A stretch of DNA of 34,516 nt from Aulosira sp. ZfuVER01 (lineage in GTDB: Bacteria > Cyanobacteriota > Cyanobacteriia > Cyanobacteriales > Nostocaceae), in the NCBI GenBank assembly GCA_034530615.2, contig JAVRCV020000035.1, positions 1-34,516 of the forward strand. Direction: 5' to 3'. A program made the translations under genes and the position numbers. Shown here one piece after another: positions 1-10,221 of this stretch. Below the pieces are notes generated by a model. It did not search any database and was not told the origin of the DNA. It was given only the letters and a program-made list of their open reading frames with translations. How positions within the stretch are numbered: the stretch's first letter is position 1; each line of letters opens with the position of its first letter.

Positions 1-194
1 CCAGTTGAATTTCTGACTATTTTTCTTTCCCTGAAGTAACAAAAGAGGGATAAGTAATTATTGCTTCCGGTTACATTAGAATAAAATCGCCTTCTGTTTG
101 AGAGGCTTCCGCTAACTCGCAGTGTCTCGCAGAGAAGACGCAAAGAACGCCGAGAAGAAATAAAGAAAGTAAAATCTTTAAAATACTCATTGGA

Positions 195-896
195 ATGAAG
201 ATTATGAAATTGGTGATGTTTGACATTGACGGTACTCTAACTGAGTCGAATCACCTGGATGATGAATCATATTTACAGGCTTTGCATGAAGTATTCGGAT
301 TTTCAAAAGTATCAACTGACTGGGCATCATACACTCATGTAACAGATGCTTGTATTTTAAAAGAAGTTTTTCAAAATCAACGCGATCGCTTTCCTTCATT
401 TAGGGAAATCGAGACATTTCAAAAGCGTTTTCTAGAATTACTCATTGATGGTGCAACAGCACACGGAGGAGTAAAGCCAATATCCGGTTCATCATATATT
501 TTGAAAAAGCTACTTGCATCTCCCGACTATCAAGTAGCTTATGCTGGAGGAGGTTGGGGAGCATCAGCAATATTCAAGCTCAAATCTGCTCGTCTTCCTA
601 TTGAGAATATTCCTTATGCTTTCTCGGATGATGATGAGTCGCGTGAAGGAATAATGGCAATTGCACATTCTAGAGCCGAGACATATTACAGTCAGCTTTT
701 GTCTGACGTTGTTTACATTGGCGATGGAGTTTGGGATATTCGTTCGGCTAAAAAGTTAGGATATTCATTCATTGGTATTGCCTCAGGCGACGAAGCTAAA
801 GCACTATTCAAAGAGGGAGCTACTTATATTTTTCCCAACTACGATGACTACGAGAGTTTTTTGGTAGCGCTAACAAAGCTACCTGAAAACTATTGA
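195..896 (+). CDS. HAD-superfamily hydrolase
   Basis: Motif I FDIDGTLT at N-terminus, motif IV YIGDGVWD; true start may be Met4. Confidence 0.85.
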   Translation: MKIMKLVMFDIDGTLTESNHLDDESYLQALHEVFGFSKVSTDWASYTHVTDACILKEVFQNQRDRFPSFREIETFQKRFLELLIDGATAHGGVKPISGSSYILKKLLASPDYQVAYAGGGWGASAIFKLKSARLPIENIPYAFSDDDESREGIMAIAHSRAETYYSQLLSDVVYIGDGVWDIRSAKKLGYSFIGIASGDEAKALFKEGATYIFPNYDDYESFLVALTKLPENY

Positions 897-927
897 AGGT
901 GTGTTATTGAGCAAAGAAAATTTAATA

Positions 928-1989
928 TCATCGCTGGCTAATAAGAGAAGGAGGTGTAATCGCCGCATATTGTTCAGGAGTCAGCAATGTTTCTTGAATA
1001 TCGAGAGGTTTGGGTAACAAGCCATTTTTGTAAAAATAATCGATGACTCGTTGTTGATCCTTGATGCGTCCAGCATCCATTGGACTTAATTGAAAGGTGC
1101 GCCGACGAACTACTGCTTCTTGAATATCCAAAGCAAGTTTTGTTTCTGGTGCAAGCAGTTTTGCTGTCTCTTTAGGGTTATCTTCTGCCCACTTACCAAT
1201 TTTGTGCATTTCTTCAATGACTATTCGCAATAAGTCTGGATTTTCTGTGGCAAACTTACGTCCAGCAACATAATATCCACCTGGAGAATCTAAGCCTTCT
1301 CCTGTGCGGAGAACACGAACTCTACCTTGTTTTTCGGCAATAGCTAGGTGTGGATCGCCAAAGACGATGACAGGAATCTGTCCTTGAAGAAACGCATCAC
1401 GAGCTTCGATACTAGGCATACTGATAACTTGAATATCTTCGTATTTCAGCCCTATTTCATCTAATGCACGCAGGATAAAGTAGTGGGAAGCCGACCCTTT
1501 TTGGAAGTTTACTTTCTGTCCTTTGATGTCCTTCAACTCTTTAAGTGGTGATTCAGGAGGAACTGCTATCGCACTTCCTTTCCCTGATGAAGGACTCCGG
1601 CCTACAACATAAACAATTTTGGCTCCGGCTGCTTGGGCAAATATAGGTGGAGTATCACCCACAGATCCTAAATCGATTTGTCCGACATTCATTCCTTCCA
1701 TCAGTTGCGGCCCTTGGGCAAATTGCCGCCATTCTACTTTCACACCCAAGGGTTCCAGACGTTTTTCTAAAACACCAGATACTCTAACTAAATCACCTGC
1801 TTGTTGATAGCCCATCCGCAAGACATTGGTTTTAATCGCATTAGCAGAAACATTTGTAGTCGCGGCAGATGTTTCTGCTTTTTGAGTATTTGTATTGCAA
1901 CTACTAAGGGCAAAGGAACTGGATAAACCTAATAAGCCTGCTGTACCAAGTTTGATAAAACGGCGACGAGTATTAAATAATTTAGTCAT
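928..1989 (-). CDS. ssuA: Aliphatic sulfonate ABC transporter substrate-binding lipoprotein (SsuA family)
   Basis: TRRRFIK twin-arginine-like signal, lipobox LSSC, SsuA motifs F.QGPQLMEGMNVG.IDLGSVGDTPPIFAQAAG and QKGSASHY. Confidence 0.85.
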   Translation of the reverse strand: MTKLFNTRRRFIKLGTAGLLGLSSSFALSSCNTNTQKAETSAATTNVSANAIKTNVLRMGYQQAGDLVRVSGVLEKRLEPLGVKVEWRQFAQGPQLMEGMNVGQIDLGSVGDTPPIFAQAAGAKIVYVVGRSPSSGKGSAIAVPPESPLKELKDIKGQKVNFQKGSASHYFILRALDEIGLKYEDIQVISMPSIEARDAFLQGQIPVIVFGDPHLAIAEKQGRVRVLRTGEGLDSPGGYYVAGRKFATENPDLLRIVIEEMHKIGKWAEDNPKETAKLLAPETKLALDIQEAVVRRRTFQLSPMDAGRIKDQQRVIDYFYKNGLLPKPLDIQETLLTPEQYAAITPPSLISQR

Positions 1990-2079
1990 ACTTGCAAAAG
2001 AAGTAAAATTACTGAGGAGATGCTTGAAAATAGGTGCGATCCGATGTCACCGAATGTAAATGTTTTGAATTTTAAATTG

Positions 2080-3954
2080 TTAACCTGTGTGGAGTTCGGA
2101 TGTATCCCGATTGTTAGCTTCTACAGGTAAGAATCCACCTGCTTGCATTTTCCATAATCTGTAGTAAGCACCACGCTGTGCCAACAATTGAGAGTGATTA
2201 CCATCTTCGACTATGCGACCTTGGTCAAATACTAAAATCCGGTCTAGATGAGCGATGGTAGATAATCGATGCGCCACTACAATGACTGTTTTTTCATCCA
2301 TCACCAAGTCTAGAGTGTCTTGGATCGCTTTTTCGGTGATTGAATCGAGGCTGGATGTGGCTTCATCTAGAATCAGGATCGGTGCATCTTTGAGGATCAC
2401 CCGCGCGATCGCAATCCGCTGTCTTTGTCCTCCAGATAGTTTGACACCACGTTCACCTACCAAAGAATCGTAACCTTCTTCGATCTGGGTAATAAAATCG
2501 TGAGCATAAGCTTGACGTGCTGCTTTCACAACTTCCTCATCAGTAGCATCTATTCGCCCGTAACGAATATTTTCTATCAATGTCCGATGGAAGAGAGACG
2601 GATCTTGAGGAATCAAGCTGATTTGAGCGTGTAAAGCATCTTGCGTCATGTCTTGAATATCCACCCCATCTATGAGAATCTGTCCCGATTGGGGATCGAA
2701 TAGACGCAAAATTAGATTGACGAAAGTAGATTTTCCAGAGCCAGAAAAGCCTACCAATCCGACACGCTGGCCTGGTTCGATGGTAATGGAGAGGTTATCG
2801 AATACTTTTTTCTCAGCCGAGTAACTGAAATTGATTTGCCGAAACTCAATTTTTCCTTGAGTGATGGGGTGAGCGATCGCATTATCTTTATCAATCAGCT
2901 CGTGGGGCTGAATAATGGTGTAAACTCCATTGGCAATATTACCGATATGTTCAAATATATCTAGAAAGCGTCTACTTAAATTGCGAGCATCACTGATAAT
3001 TAACAGCGATAAACTAGTTGCTACTACAAAATCAGCAGATGCAATCTTTCCTTGATTCCACAGTAAGAGCGAGTAAAACAAAGTGGCAATTTTCAAGATA
3101 GCTGCGGAAATAAACTGAAACCAGCGAATGCGCTCCGAGTACCAGTTCGACTCTCTCACGAAGACGAGTTCTTTTTTTAAGCGCTCATTCAAATAGCGAC
3201 GTTCAAAACCCAGACGCGCAAACAATCGGCTACTGGTGAGATTTGTTACTGTATCTACAATAATACCTGCGGTTTCGCTTCTTGCAGCTGCGGCTCTGCG
3301 GGAATAAATTCGGCAACGAGTAGCCAACCAAAACGAAATACTGATGAATAGAACTGCCCACACTCCCACAAGTAAAGCCAGAGGCGGATAGGCGCGATAG
3401 AGTAAAATTACAGCGACGATATACGCAATGATTAGTGATAAAAATTCAGAAATCAGCATTTGCATCGTCTGGGTGACACCCAAAGCCGTTTCGCTGATGC
3501 GCTGTGCCAAAGCCCCAGCAAAACTACTGCTCAGGTAACGATGAGAATGTTGCTGTAAGTAGGCATAAAGAGAGCGAATGATGTGTTGTCGGTGAATGGG
3601 ATGGAGAATAGTTAGCAACAGCCCCGACGATCGCCCACATACCACTTCACCCACACTCAAGGCAGTAAACAGTATTAAGGGTTGGCTCATGGCATCAAGA
3701 GTGAGCTTGCTGTTACCCGTTGATTGCGTCACACTCCGAATGATTTCGCCAATGGCATAGGGTAACATAATGCCACAAGTTGCGTTGATCGCTTCCAGAA
3801 TTACTATTGCTATATACCACCAGCGAAACTGGTTAACGAAATAGCAAATGAACCTAAAGGTCGTATTTGGCAAGGGTGGTGCATCAGCAGCACGTTGAAA
3901 AGATTGAGATGAACGAGGAATTTTGATTGAAGAACGGCGATTGCGGCGTATCAC
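2080..3954 (-). CDS. ABC exporter, fused permease + ATPase (MsbA/MdlB-like half transporter)
   Basis: N-terminal TM helices; Walker A GFSGSGKST, signature LSGGQRQR, Walker B ILILDEATS, AHRLST; GTG start. Confidence 0.9.
   Translation of the reverse strand: MIRRNRRSSIKIPRSSQSFQRAADAPPLPNTTFRFICYFVNQFRWWYIAIVILEAINATCGIMLPYAIGEIIRSVTQSTGNSKLTLDAMSQPLILFTALSVGEVVCGRSSGLLLTILHPIHRQHIIRSLYAYLQQHSHRYLSSSFAGALAQRISETALGVTQTMQMLISEFLSLIIAYIVAVILLYRAYPPLALLVGVWAVLFISISFWLATRCRIYSRRAAAARSETAGIIVDTVTNLTSSRLFARLGFERRYLNERLKKELVFVRESNWYSERIRWFQFISAAILKIATLFYSLLLWNQGKIASADFVVATSLSLLIISDARNLSRRFLDIFEHIGNIANGVYTIIQPHELIDKDNAIAHPITQGKIEFRQINFSYSAEKKVFDNLSITIEPGQRVGLVGFSGSGKSTFVNLILRLFDPQSGQILIDGVDIQDMTQDALHAQISLIPQDPSLFHRTLIENIRYGRIDATDEEVVKAARQAYAHDFITQIEEGYDSLVGERGVKLSGGQRQRIAIARVILKDAPILILDEATSSLDSITEKAIQDTLDLVMDEKTVIVVAHRLSTIAHLDRILVFDQGRIVEDGNHSQLLAQRGAYYRLWKMQAGGFLPVEANNRDTSELHTG
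2405..2412. repeat. HIP1 octamer GCGATCGC (example of many copies)
   Basis: Also at 11341, 15068, 15104 and many other positions; cyanobacterial hallmark. Confidence 0.9.
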
Positions 3955-3955
3955 T

Positions 3956-4399
3956 TCAGCTTCTCCCTAACATTATTACAGTTGGCAACCGACGCATGAG
4001 AATCACTTTCATTCCTCTAGAAATGTAGTTATTAAATCGCTCACGCAATAAGTCTGGAGCCTCGATCGGTGAAACTTCTTGAAACCCTACTTGTTGATAG
4101 AACAATTTTAAATGCTGCCACGGAATGCAGTAACAAACTCGCTCGGCAAGTGGCTCGATACAAGCTTGAAGTAGTTGCGTACCAAAACCCTGATGCTGAA
4201 ACGGAGCTAAAACCTGCATTCCCCTAAGCACAAAGAATCCAGTGTTGGGACATAAACGCACTGCACCAATAATTCTCTCCTCGAATTGGGCAATGAATGT
4301 TAAGGCTTCCTTACTCAGATCGCCTCCGTAACCACACTGTTTGTAAAAAGCTTTAATATTTTCAGAATCATGCAATTCTGCTTGGCTAATTTTTAGCAT
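3956..4399 (-). CDS. GNAT family N-acetyltransferase
   Basis: Acetyl-CoA motif V...FQHQGFGTQLL and LFYQQVGF; ATG at 4399 chosen because it lies just past the upstream gene's stop (track ORF extends to 4438). Confidence 0.8.
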   Translation of the reverse strand: MLKISQAELHDSENIKAFYKQCGYGGDLSKEALTFIAQFEERIIGAVRLCPNTGFFVLRGMQVLAPFQHQGFGTQLLQACIEPLAERVCYCIPWQHLKLFYQQVGFQEVSPIEAPDLLRERFNNYISRGMKVILMRRLPTVIMLGRS

Positions 4400-4406
4400 A
4401 TCGCTC

Positions 4407-5405
4407 TTAGCGCACAGCATCTCCCCGACGATATTCAACAGTAATGTCGTCTAGTTTTTGTTTCAAACTGTCATCAAGTTTTAGTTCTACAGCCTTGAGG
4501 GTGTCTGCCAATTGTTCTGGACGGCTAGCACCAATAATCGGGGCAGTAATCACCGGATTAGCTAACACCCAAGCCAGTGCTAAGGTAGTCAGAGACACTC
4601 CAGCTAAATCTGCCACTGTACGTAATTCTTCAACAGTATTGAACTCGCGATCGCGCCAATATCTTTCTTGATAGCGTTCCGCCGCCGTACCCAAGGTAAA
4701 ACGAGTGCCTGCGGTGGGGCCTTGAGCAAGATTGTGTTTGCCAGTGAGTAAACCACCCGCCAAGGGATTGTAAGGAATTACACCCAATCCTTCTTCTTGC
4801 GCTAGGGGTAAAAGTTCTCGTTCAATTTCGCGGAATAAGAGATTGTAGCGAGGTTGAATCGAAACAAAGCGAGTCAAATTTCGCACATCGGCACGACCTA
4901 GAGCACGTGCAAGTCTGTATGCTAAGAAGTTAGAAACCCCGATATAACGTGCTTTACCTGTACGCACTACTGTATCTAATGCTTCTAGGGTTTCATCCAG
5001 AGGCGTTGAGGCATCGTCAGAATGCAATTGGTATAGGTCAACATAATCAGTTCCCAGTCGTCTGAGGGAAGCATCGATCGCATCAAGAATATGTTTGCGT
5101 GAAGCGCCTTGATCCCAAGGTGCCGGGCCAACCTTGCCTACAGCCTTGGTAGCTAAAATAAAATGTTCGCGTTTACCTTTGAGCCAGCGTCCCACAATTT
5201 CTTCAGTACGTCCAACTGTAGACAAGCCACCGCCAAGAGGATAAACGTCAGCTGTATCGAGAAAATTGATACCAGCATCGGCAGCAGTGTCGAGAATTTG
5301 CCTAGAAATTTCCTCGTCTGTCTGCAATCCGAAAGTCATTGTGCCAAGAGCAAGGCGCGAAACAGTCAATCCGGTTTGACCGAGTTTAGTTGTTGGTAAG
5401 CTCAT
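4407..5405 (-). CDS. Aldo/keto reductase
   Basis: LGTMTFG, GINFLDTADVY, ILATK, SLRRLGTDYVDLYQLH, YNPLAGGLLTGK, PIIGAS. Confidence 0.93.
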   Translation of the reverse strand: MSLPTTKLGQTGLTVSRLALGTMTFGLQTDEEISRQILDTAADAGINFLDTADVYPLGGGLSTVGRTEEIVGRWLKGKREHFILATKAVGKVGPAPWDQGASRKHILDAIDASLRRLGTDYVDLYQLHSDDASTPLDETLEALDTVVRTGKARYIGVSNFLAYRLARALGRADVRNLTRFVSIQPRYNLLFREIERELLPLAQEEGLGVIPYNPLAGGLLTGKHNLAQGPTAGTRFTLGTAAERYQERYWRDREFNTVEELRTVADLAGVSLTTLALAWVLANPVITAPIIGASRPEQLADTLKAVELKLDDSLKQKLDDITVEYRRGDAVR

Positions 5406-5455
5406 AGAGATGTTTCTTATATTCTGTACTTTATGTCATTAGTTGTGAGGGATTT

Positions 5456-5488
5456 AGATTCCCGAATTTTCTAAAAAGTTGGGAATCT
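5456..5488. repeat. Intergenic inverted repeat (stem-loop)
   Basis: AGATTCCCGAATTTT-CTA-AAAAGTTGGGAATCT imperfect palindrome between co-oriented genes. Confidence 0.55.
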
Positions 5489-5503
5489 TGCAGCCTAGTA
5501 TCC

Positions 5504-6154
5504 TCAGACAGCTACAGAAGTGCGGCGACTCTGTGAAATCAGCCATTGTTGCAATTTTGGGTCGCTGTATACTTCATCAGCAATAAAGTGATCGCCTTCG
5601 GGTATTAAAGTAAAATCTACTGTTCCCCCCAATCGGTGCAAGGTGTCCACAATTTGCTGTGTATCTTCAACAGAAAGCTTTTCATCCTTTCCACCTTGGA
5701 AGATTTGGATGGGAATTTCTTTGAGTGCAGCTAGTTGGCTTTCTTCTAATGTATTGGGAACACGACCTGACACCGCTACCAAACCAGCGAAGCGATCGCG
5801 ATGGGACGCAGCAATATGCCAAGCCCCAGCCGTACCTAAGCTGAATCCAGATATGATGACGCGGGACGGATCTATAGACCGGGAGGCGATAAAATTATCC
5901 AACAAAGCAATTACATCTGATTCTCGCTCTACCCAAGTCTGCCCTTCCGGAAGTTGAGGTGCTAAAAAGAAGTAAGGTAAGGCGCTTGATTCATTCACAA
6001 AACGTGGTAAACCCCATTTCAACAGCACATTTAAATCATTGCCGCGATCGCGTGCCCCATGCAAAAACAAAACTAGAGGAGCAGGTTTGTTACCATCTTC
6101 CCACACAGCCGAGAACAGATAAGGTAATAAACCAGAGCGCTTTTCGATAGGCAT
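5504..6154 (-). CDS. Alpha/beta hydrolase (phospholipase/carboxylesterase-like)
   Basis: LFLHGA oxyanion region, nucleophile elbow GFSLG, GGKD acid, GDH histidine. Confidence 0.85.
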   Translation of the reverse strand: MPIEKRSGLLPYLFSAVWEDGNKPAPLVLFLHGARDRGNDLNVLLKWGLPRFVNESSALPYFFLAPQLPEGQTWVERESDVIALLDNFIASRSIDPSRVIISGFSLGTAGAWHIAASHRDRFAGLVAVSGRVPNTLEESQLAALKEIPIQIFQGGKDEKLSVEDTQQIVDTLHRLGGTVDFTLIPEGDHFIADEVYSDPKLQQWLISQSRRTSVAV

Positions 6155-6282
6155 AGTTTTAATTCCTGTAATTACTGAAGCGTGTATTTGATTTAGGAAT
6201 TGGGGACTAGAAATTATCTAATCCCCATGTATGGCAAACGTCTCTAGATTTTGACCCGATTCCTTCAGACCTCTTTAGTGAT

Positions 6283-7821
6283 TTAAGCCACTACGAGGCT
6301 CTTATCTACTTGTGGAGATTCGATATTACCTATCTTAGATTCAATCGCCGTACCCTTGAAGAAGTCGGGGTGAGCTTGGGTGTAGAACTTGTAGGGATTA
6401 CCAAAGACATAAGCTTTAAAGTCAGCTTCGGAAATCACGCCTTCTTGCACCAGATCCCAGCTTTCTGCTAGAGGATCTGTCAGGTCGGGTACATCCCAAT
6501 GACCAACATCTGAGGAATAGATGGCGTTGATTTTCACACCCAAGGGATTGGCTTTGTCGTTAAATGCTGCGCCGATGGTGCGATCGTCGGACTCAGAGCC
6601 AAAGAAGAAACTATTCACCCAGCGATCGCGGATGTCTTCAATGGTTTCAATCCCAGCAGCAGCAAAGTCTTCTAGTTCGCTACCAACGGGCGAGCGACTA
6701 TGACGGTTGAAGGAAGAACCGAGTACAGATTTTGTGAGTTCTTCTTTAGTGAGTGGATGCGCTTTGAGGAATTCACTACCGAAACGCTCAAACAGCACAA
6801 ACAACTCATCCGGATTAGCGTTATCTGGATTGTAGTTTTGCAGTCCCTTGAGATTGCGCTTGGAGAAACGGTCTACCAAATGAATGTAGACGTGAGCGCC
6901 CCAATCTGCGCCACCTTCCAGCATAGCTACACGCAACTGTGGGAAACGCTTGGTAACACCACCAAAGAACAACGCCTTAGCGAATGCTTGGGAACCATCG
7001 GCAAAGTGACCGATGTGGTTGTTCATGTAGTTACTGATCGAGGAGCGTCCAGTCCAACCTTGGCTACCATAGTGGGTAGTAATGGGTACGCCTAATTCAA
7101 CAGCTTTCGCCCAGAATGGATCGTAGTCGTATTCACTATCCAATCCGTAAAAGTCAATGTAGGAAGCATACTTGGCGATTTCGGGGAATTGGTCTGCTGG
7201 ATACTTATCTGCGATCGCCTTAATTGGCCGTTTTACACCACCAGGAATATTTGCTACTTTTAATCCTAGTGTTTTTACAGCAAACTCTAGCTCCTCAATG
7301 GCTTCTTGAGGATTACCCATCGGGATACCAGCTACCACTGTCAGGCGATCGCTATATTTGCGATACAAGTCAGCATGATAGTGATTTACCGCCCGTTGCA
7401 GTGCTTGACGGTTCTCTTTACTTGCTCCTGCTGGTGCAAGAACATTGTTAGGAAACAGCACCGAATAATCAGATCCCTGCTCCGCCTGACGTTCATAGAA
7501 CAATTCTGGCAAAGTATAAGTTGCGAGATCCAATGTATTACGGGTTACTCTAGCCCACCAAGGGGAGCGAATTGTCCGGTTGTATTGGCGTTCTTCAGGA
7601 GTTTGTTGATACCAGTCTTTACCATTGCTCTTGGAGTTAAGACGAGAAGCTTCCGCCTTCCGCAATTCGTCTACGAGTTTGGAGCCACCGTAATTAGCAA
7701 TGTAATCCTCCAGCGCCGGAGTGAAATCATTGGTATGAACATCAGTATCAATGATTGGATAATCCAGAGTGGCTTTGATTGCAGCCGAACGAGAACTTTT
7801 CAATCTGCTATATTCAGTCAT
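6283..7821 (-). CDS. Amidohydrolase family protein (Amidohydro_2-like), paralog A
   Basis: IIDTDVH metal motif, YDPFWAK, TTH, LEGG, SSDVGHWD; ATG at 7821 preceded by AAGGA RBS (track ORF starts at TTG 7836). Confidence 0.85.
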   Translation of the reverse strand: MTEYSRLKSSRSAAIKATLDYPIIDTDVHTNDFTPALEDYIANYGGSKLVDELRKAEASRLNSKSNGKDWYQQTPEERQYNRTIRSPWWARVTRNTLDLATYTLPELFYERQAEQGSDYSVLFPNNVLAPAGASKENRQALQRAVNHYHADLYRKYSDRLTVVAGIPMGNPQEAIEELEFAVKTLGLKVANIPGGVKRPIKAIADKYPADQFPEIAKYASYIDFYGLDSEYDYDPFWAKAVELGVPITTHYGSQGWTGRSSISNYMNNHIGHFADGSQAFAKALFFGGVTKRFPQLRVAMLEGGADWGAHVYIHLVDRFSKRNLKGLQNYNPDNANPDELFVLFERFGSEFLKAHPLTKEELTKSVLGSSFNRHSRSPVGSELEDFAAAGIETIEDIRDRWVNSFFFGSESDDRTIGAAFNDKANPLGVKINAIYSSDVGHWDVPDLTDPLAESWDLVQEGVISEADFKAYVFGNPYKFYTQAHPDFFKGTAIESKIGNIESPQVDKSLVVA

Positions 7822-7937
7822 GTTTTTTTCCTTCAAAAGTTACAACCTAGTTTCACTGTCATGGAAATGGGCATAGGCCATTTGTCTAAAGTTATTACTT
7901 ATTTCTTTCTCCCCCTGCTCCCTGCCCCTCTGCCTCC

Positions 7938-9302
7938 TTAAGCCAACACCAATCTCTCATCCTCTTGTTTGACAGCGAATTGATTACCCGGACGACGCAG
8001 CCCCAGGTTTTCCCGCAAGGTAGTACCTTCATATTCAGTCCGGAACAAACCTCGCTTTTGGAGGATGGGAACGACTAGATTAACGAAGTCATCCAATCCT
8101 GTAGGCAAGATGGGTGGCATGATATTGAAACCATCTGCTGCACCGTTGTTAAACCATTCTTCTAGTTGATCGGCAATACTTTCGGGAGTACCAAGTATGG
8201 TGCGATGACCCCGTGCAGTAGCCAGAGACAGATACAACTGACGCAATGTGAGATTACCGCGAGTAGCTAGATCCTTAACCAGTTTCAGACGACTTTTGTT
8301 ATTGTTAGTATCGCTGGGTAATTCCGGAGCCAAATCATCTAGAGAGTATTTCGACAGATCCACACCTTTGTAATAGTTCCGCAAAATACCCCAAGCCACA
8401 TCGGGATGAATCAATGATTGGAGAAATTCATATTTCTCTTGAGCTTCTTCCTCTGTACGGCCAATAATTGGGAAAGCTCCAGGCATGATTTTCAAATCAT
8501 CTGGCGATCGCCCATATTGCGCTAGTCTACCTTTGATGTCAGCATAAAATTCTTGAGCATCGGCTAGGGTTTGATTGGCAGTGAAGATTACCTCAGCAGT
8601 ACGCGCAGCTAAATCTCGTCCAGCTTCCGAGGCTCCAGCTTGCACAATCACCGGGTAGCCTTGAGGCGGACGACCGACGTTCAAGGGGCCTTTGACGGAA
8701 AAATGCTTACCTTTGTGGTTGAGTATATGCAGTTTTTCCGGCTCGAAATAGACACCAGATTCTCTGTCACGGATGAAGGCATCGTCTTCCCAACTATCCC
8801 ACAGACCTTTTACAACTTCCACAAACTCTTCCGCGCGTTCATAACGCTGGCTGTGTTCTGGATGATGTTCAAGACCAAAATTAGCTGCGGCGTTTTCATT
8901 ACCTGTGGTGACTACATTCCACCCTGCGCGGCCTTTACTTAAGTGATCCAAAGAAGCAAACTTACGAGCCAAGGTATAGGGTTCTTCGTATGTAGTCGAG
9001 GCGGTGGCAATAAAGCCGATGTTTTTGGTGACAGAAGACAAAGCAGAAAAGAGTGTAACTGGCTCAAAATGGACAAGTTTACCATTGCGTTTTTGAGTCT
9101 CTGGTGCGCCACCCCAAACTCCTGGACTGTCAGCCAGAAACACTGCATCGAACAAACCACGTTCGGCAGTTTGGGTAATTTCTTTGTAATGTTCAAAATT
9201 GAACCCAGCGTCTATTTGTGCGTCTGGGTGTCGCCATGCAGAAACGTGATGTCCAGTAGCTTGAATAAATGCACCTAAACGAAACTGGCGTTTTTTGCTC
9301 AT
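7938..9302 (-). CDS. LLM-class FMNH2-dependent monooxygenase, NtaA/DmoA/SnaA family
   Basis: AWRHP, AERGLFDAVFLAD, STTYEEPY.LARKFASLDHLSKGRAGWNVVT, QAGAS..GR.LAA, GAADGFNIMP, TLRENLGL. Confidence 0.93.
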   Translation of the reverse strand: MSKKRQFRLGAFIQATGHHVSAWRHPDAQIDAGFNFEHYKEITQTAERGLFDAVFLADSPGVWGGAPETQKRNGKLVHFEPVTLFSALSSVTKNIGFIATASTTYEEPYTLARKFASLDHLSKGRAGWNVVTTGNENAAANFGLEHHPEHSQRYERAEEFVEVVKGLWDSWEDDAFIRDRESGVYFEPEKLHILNHKGKHFSVKGPLNVGRPPQGYPVIVQAGASEAGRDLAARTAEVIFTANQTLADAQEFYADIKGRLAQYGRSPDDLKIMPGAFPIIGRTEEEAQEKYEFLQSLIHPDVAWGILRNYYKGVDLSKYSLDDLAPELPSDTNNNKSRLKLVKDLATRGNLTLRQLYLSLATARGHRTILGTPESIADQLEEWFNNGAADGFNIMPPILPTGLDDFVNLVVPILQKRGLFRTEYEGTTLRENLGLRRPGNQFAVKQEDERLVLA

Positions 9303-9399
9303 CTACTTTTTTCTCTTTTCTTTCGCTCAATTTAGTTAACTGTTGAAATATCACACCAGAGAAAGAGCAAGTAAATAACTCTCTTTCACTCTCTGCGTT

Positions 9400-10221
9400 T
9401 TAATGTTTCCAAACTACTTGAATTGTGGCTTTGAGTTCTTCTTTAAACTCTCCAGAAGGCTCAACTGCTAGTAACGCTTCTTTGATATCTGCTTCAAATT
9501 CTTCGGCTTTGTCGCCATAGAAAATTTTCAGAGAGAAGGCTGTGGTATATAAGTAGCCAAGGTAGCTGGAGACTGTCCAGGATTTTTCAAATGGCACTTC
9601 ATATACTTCTTGGCGGGCAAATTTTGAATTGGCAATTACAAATTCATGAGGAGGATCGACTGGTTTACGAACAGCTTGTCCTCGTTGTCCAGTTCTTCGT
9701 TCTTCACCTAACCATTTTTTCACTACTCCAATAGCAGCTTGTTTCCAGGGTAAAAAACTTTTCCAAGGATCGTCGCCTGTATTAAGCAGTGCGATCGCAC
9801 CATCATCTGCAAGCAATTCATAAAGGCGTTCAAGTACAAGTTCGCGTTCCATCCAATGGAAGGCTCTGCCAATGGTAGCTAGTTTGAATACCCCTAAACT
9901 AGGGTTAATCAGTTCTGCGCCTTGTTCTAGCCAAGTTATATTATTTGCTCCTACGGCTGCTGCTTGGCGTTGTGCTTCTTTGAGCATCTCCGGATCGGGA
10001 TCTACCGCCACTACTTGCTGAAATTTGGTTCTAAGAGCAATAGCAATTAAACCTGGCCCAGTACCCAAATCCAGCAGTCGTCCCTGACCATTAAGATTAA
10101 ATATTTCGGTTAGTTTGTCAAATACGGTAGGTGGATATTTAGTTCTGTATTGAGCGTAGACTTCAGCTGCACCCTCAAATAATGTTGGGTCATAAGTTGG
10201 GAGTGTTTTTAGTTGGGTCAT
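9400..10221 (-). CDS. Class I SAM-dependent methyltransferase
   Basis: Motif I LLDLGTGPG, VVAVDPDPEML, AFHWM. Confidence 0.9.
   Translation of the reverse strand: MTQLKTLPTYDPTLFEGAAEVYAQYRTKYPPTVFDKLTEIFNLNGQGRLLDLGTGPGLIAIALRTKFQQVVAVDPDPEMLKEAQRQAAAVGANNITWLEQGAELINPSLGVFKLATIGRAFHWMERELVLERLYELLADDGAIALLNTGDDPWKSFLPWKQAAIGVVKKWLGEERRTGQRGQAVRKPVDPPHEFVIANSKFARQEVYEVPFEKSWTVSSYLGYLYTTAFSLKIFYGDKAEEFEADIKEALLAVEPSGEFKEELKATIQVVWKH

Noticed and set aside
7900..7937. CCCTGCT/CCCTGCC-like heptamer runs (similar short tandem repeats near 20466 and 20620)
   Set aside because: Ordinary short tandem repeats of heterocystous cyanobacteria; too degenerate to be informative
7306..7941. 211-aa plus-strand ORF and other long antisense ORFs (e.g. 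6700-7095, 8943-9278, 23411-23776, 32967-33293)
   Set aside because: Shadow ORFs opposite well-supported genes, with no recognisable motifs
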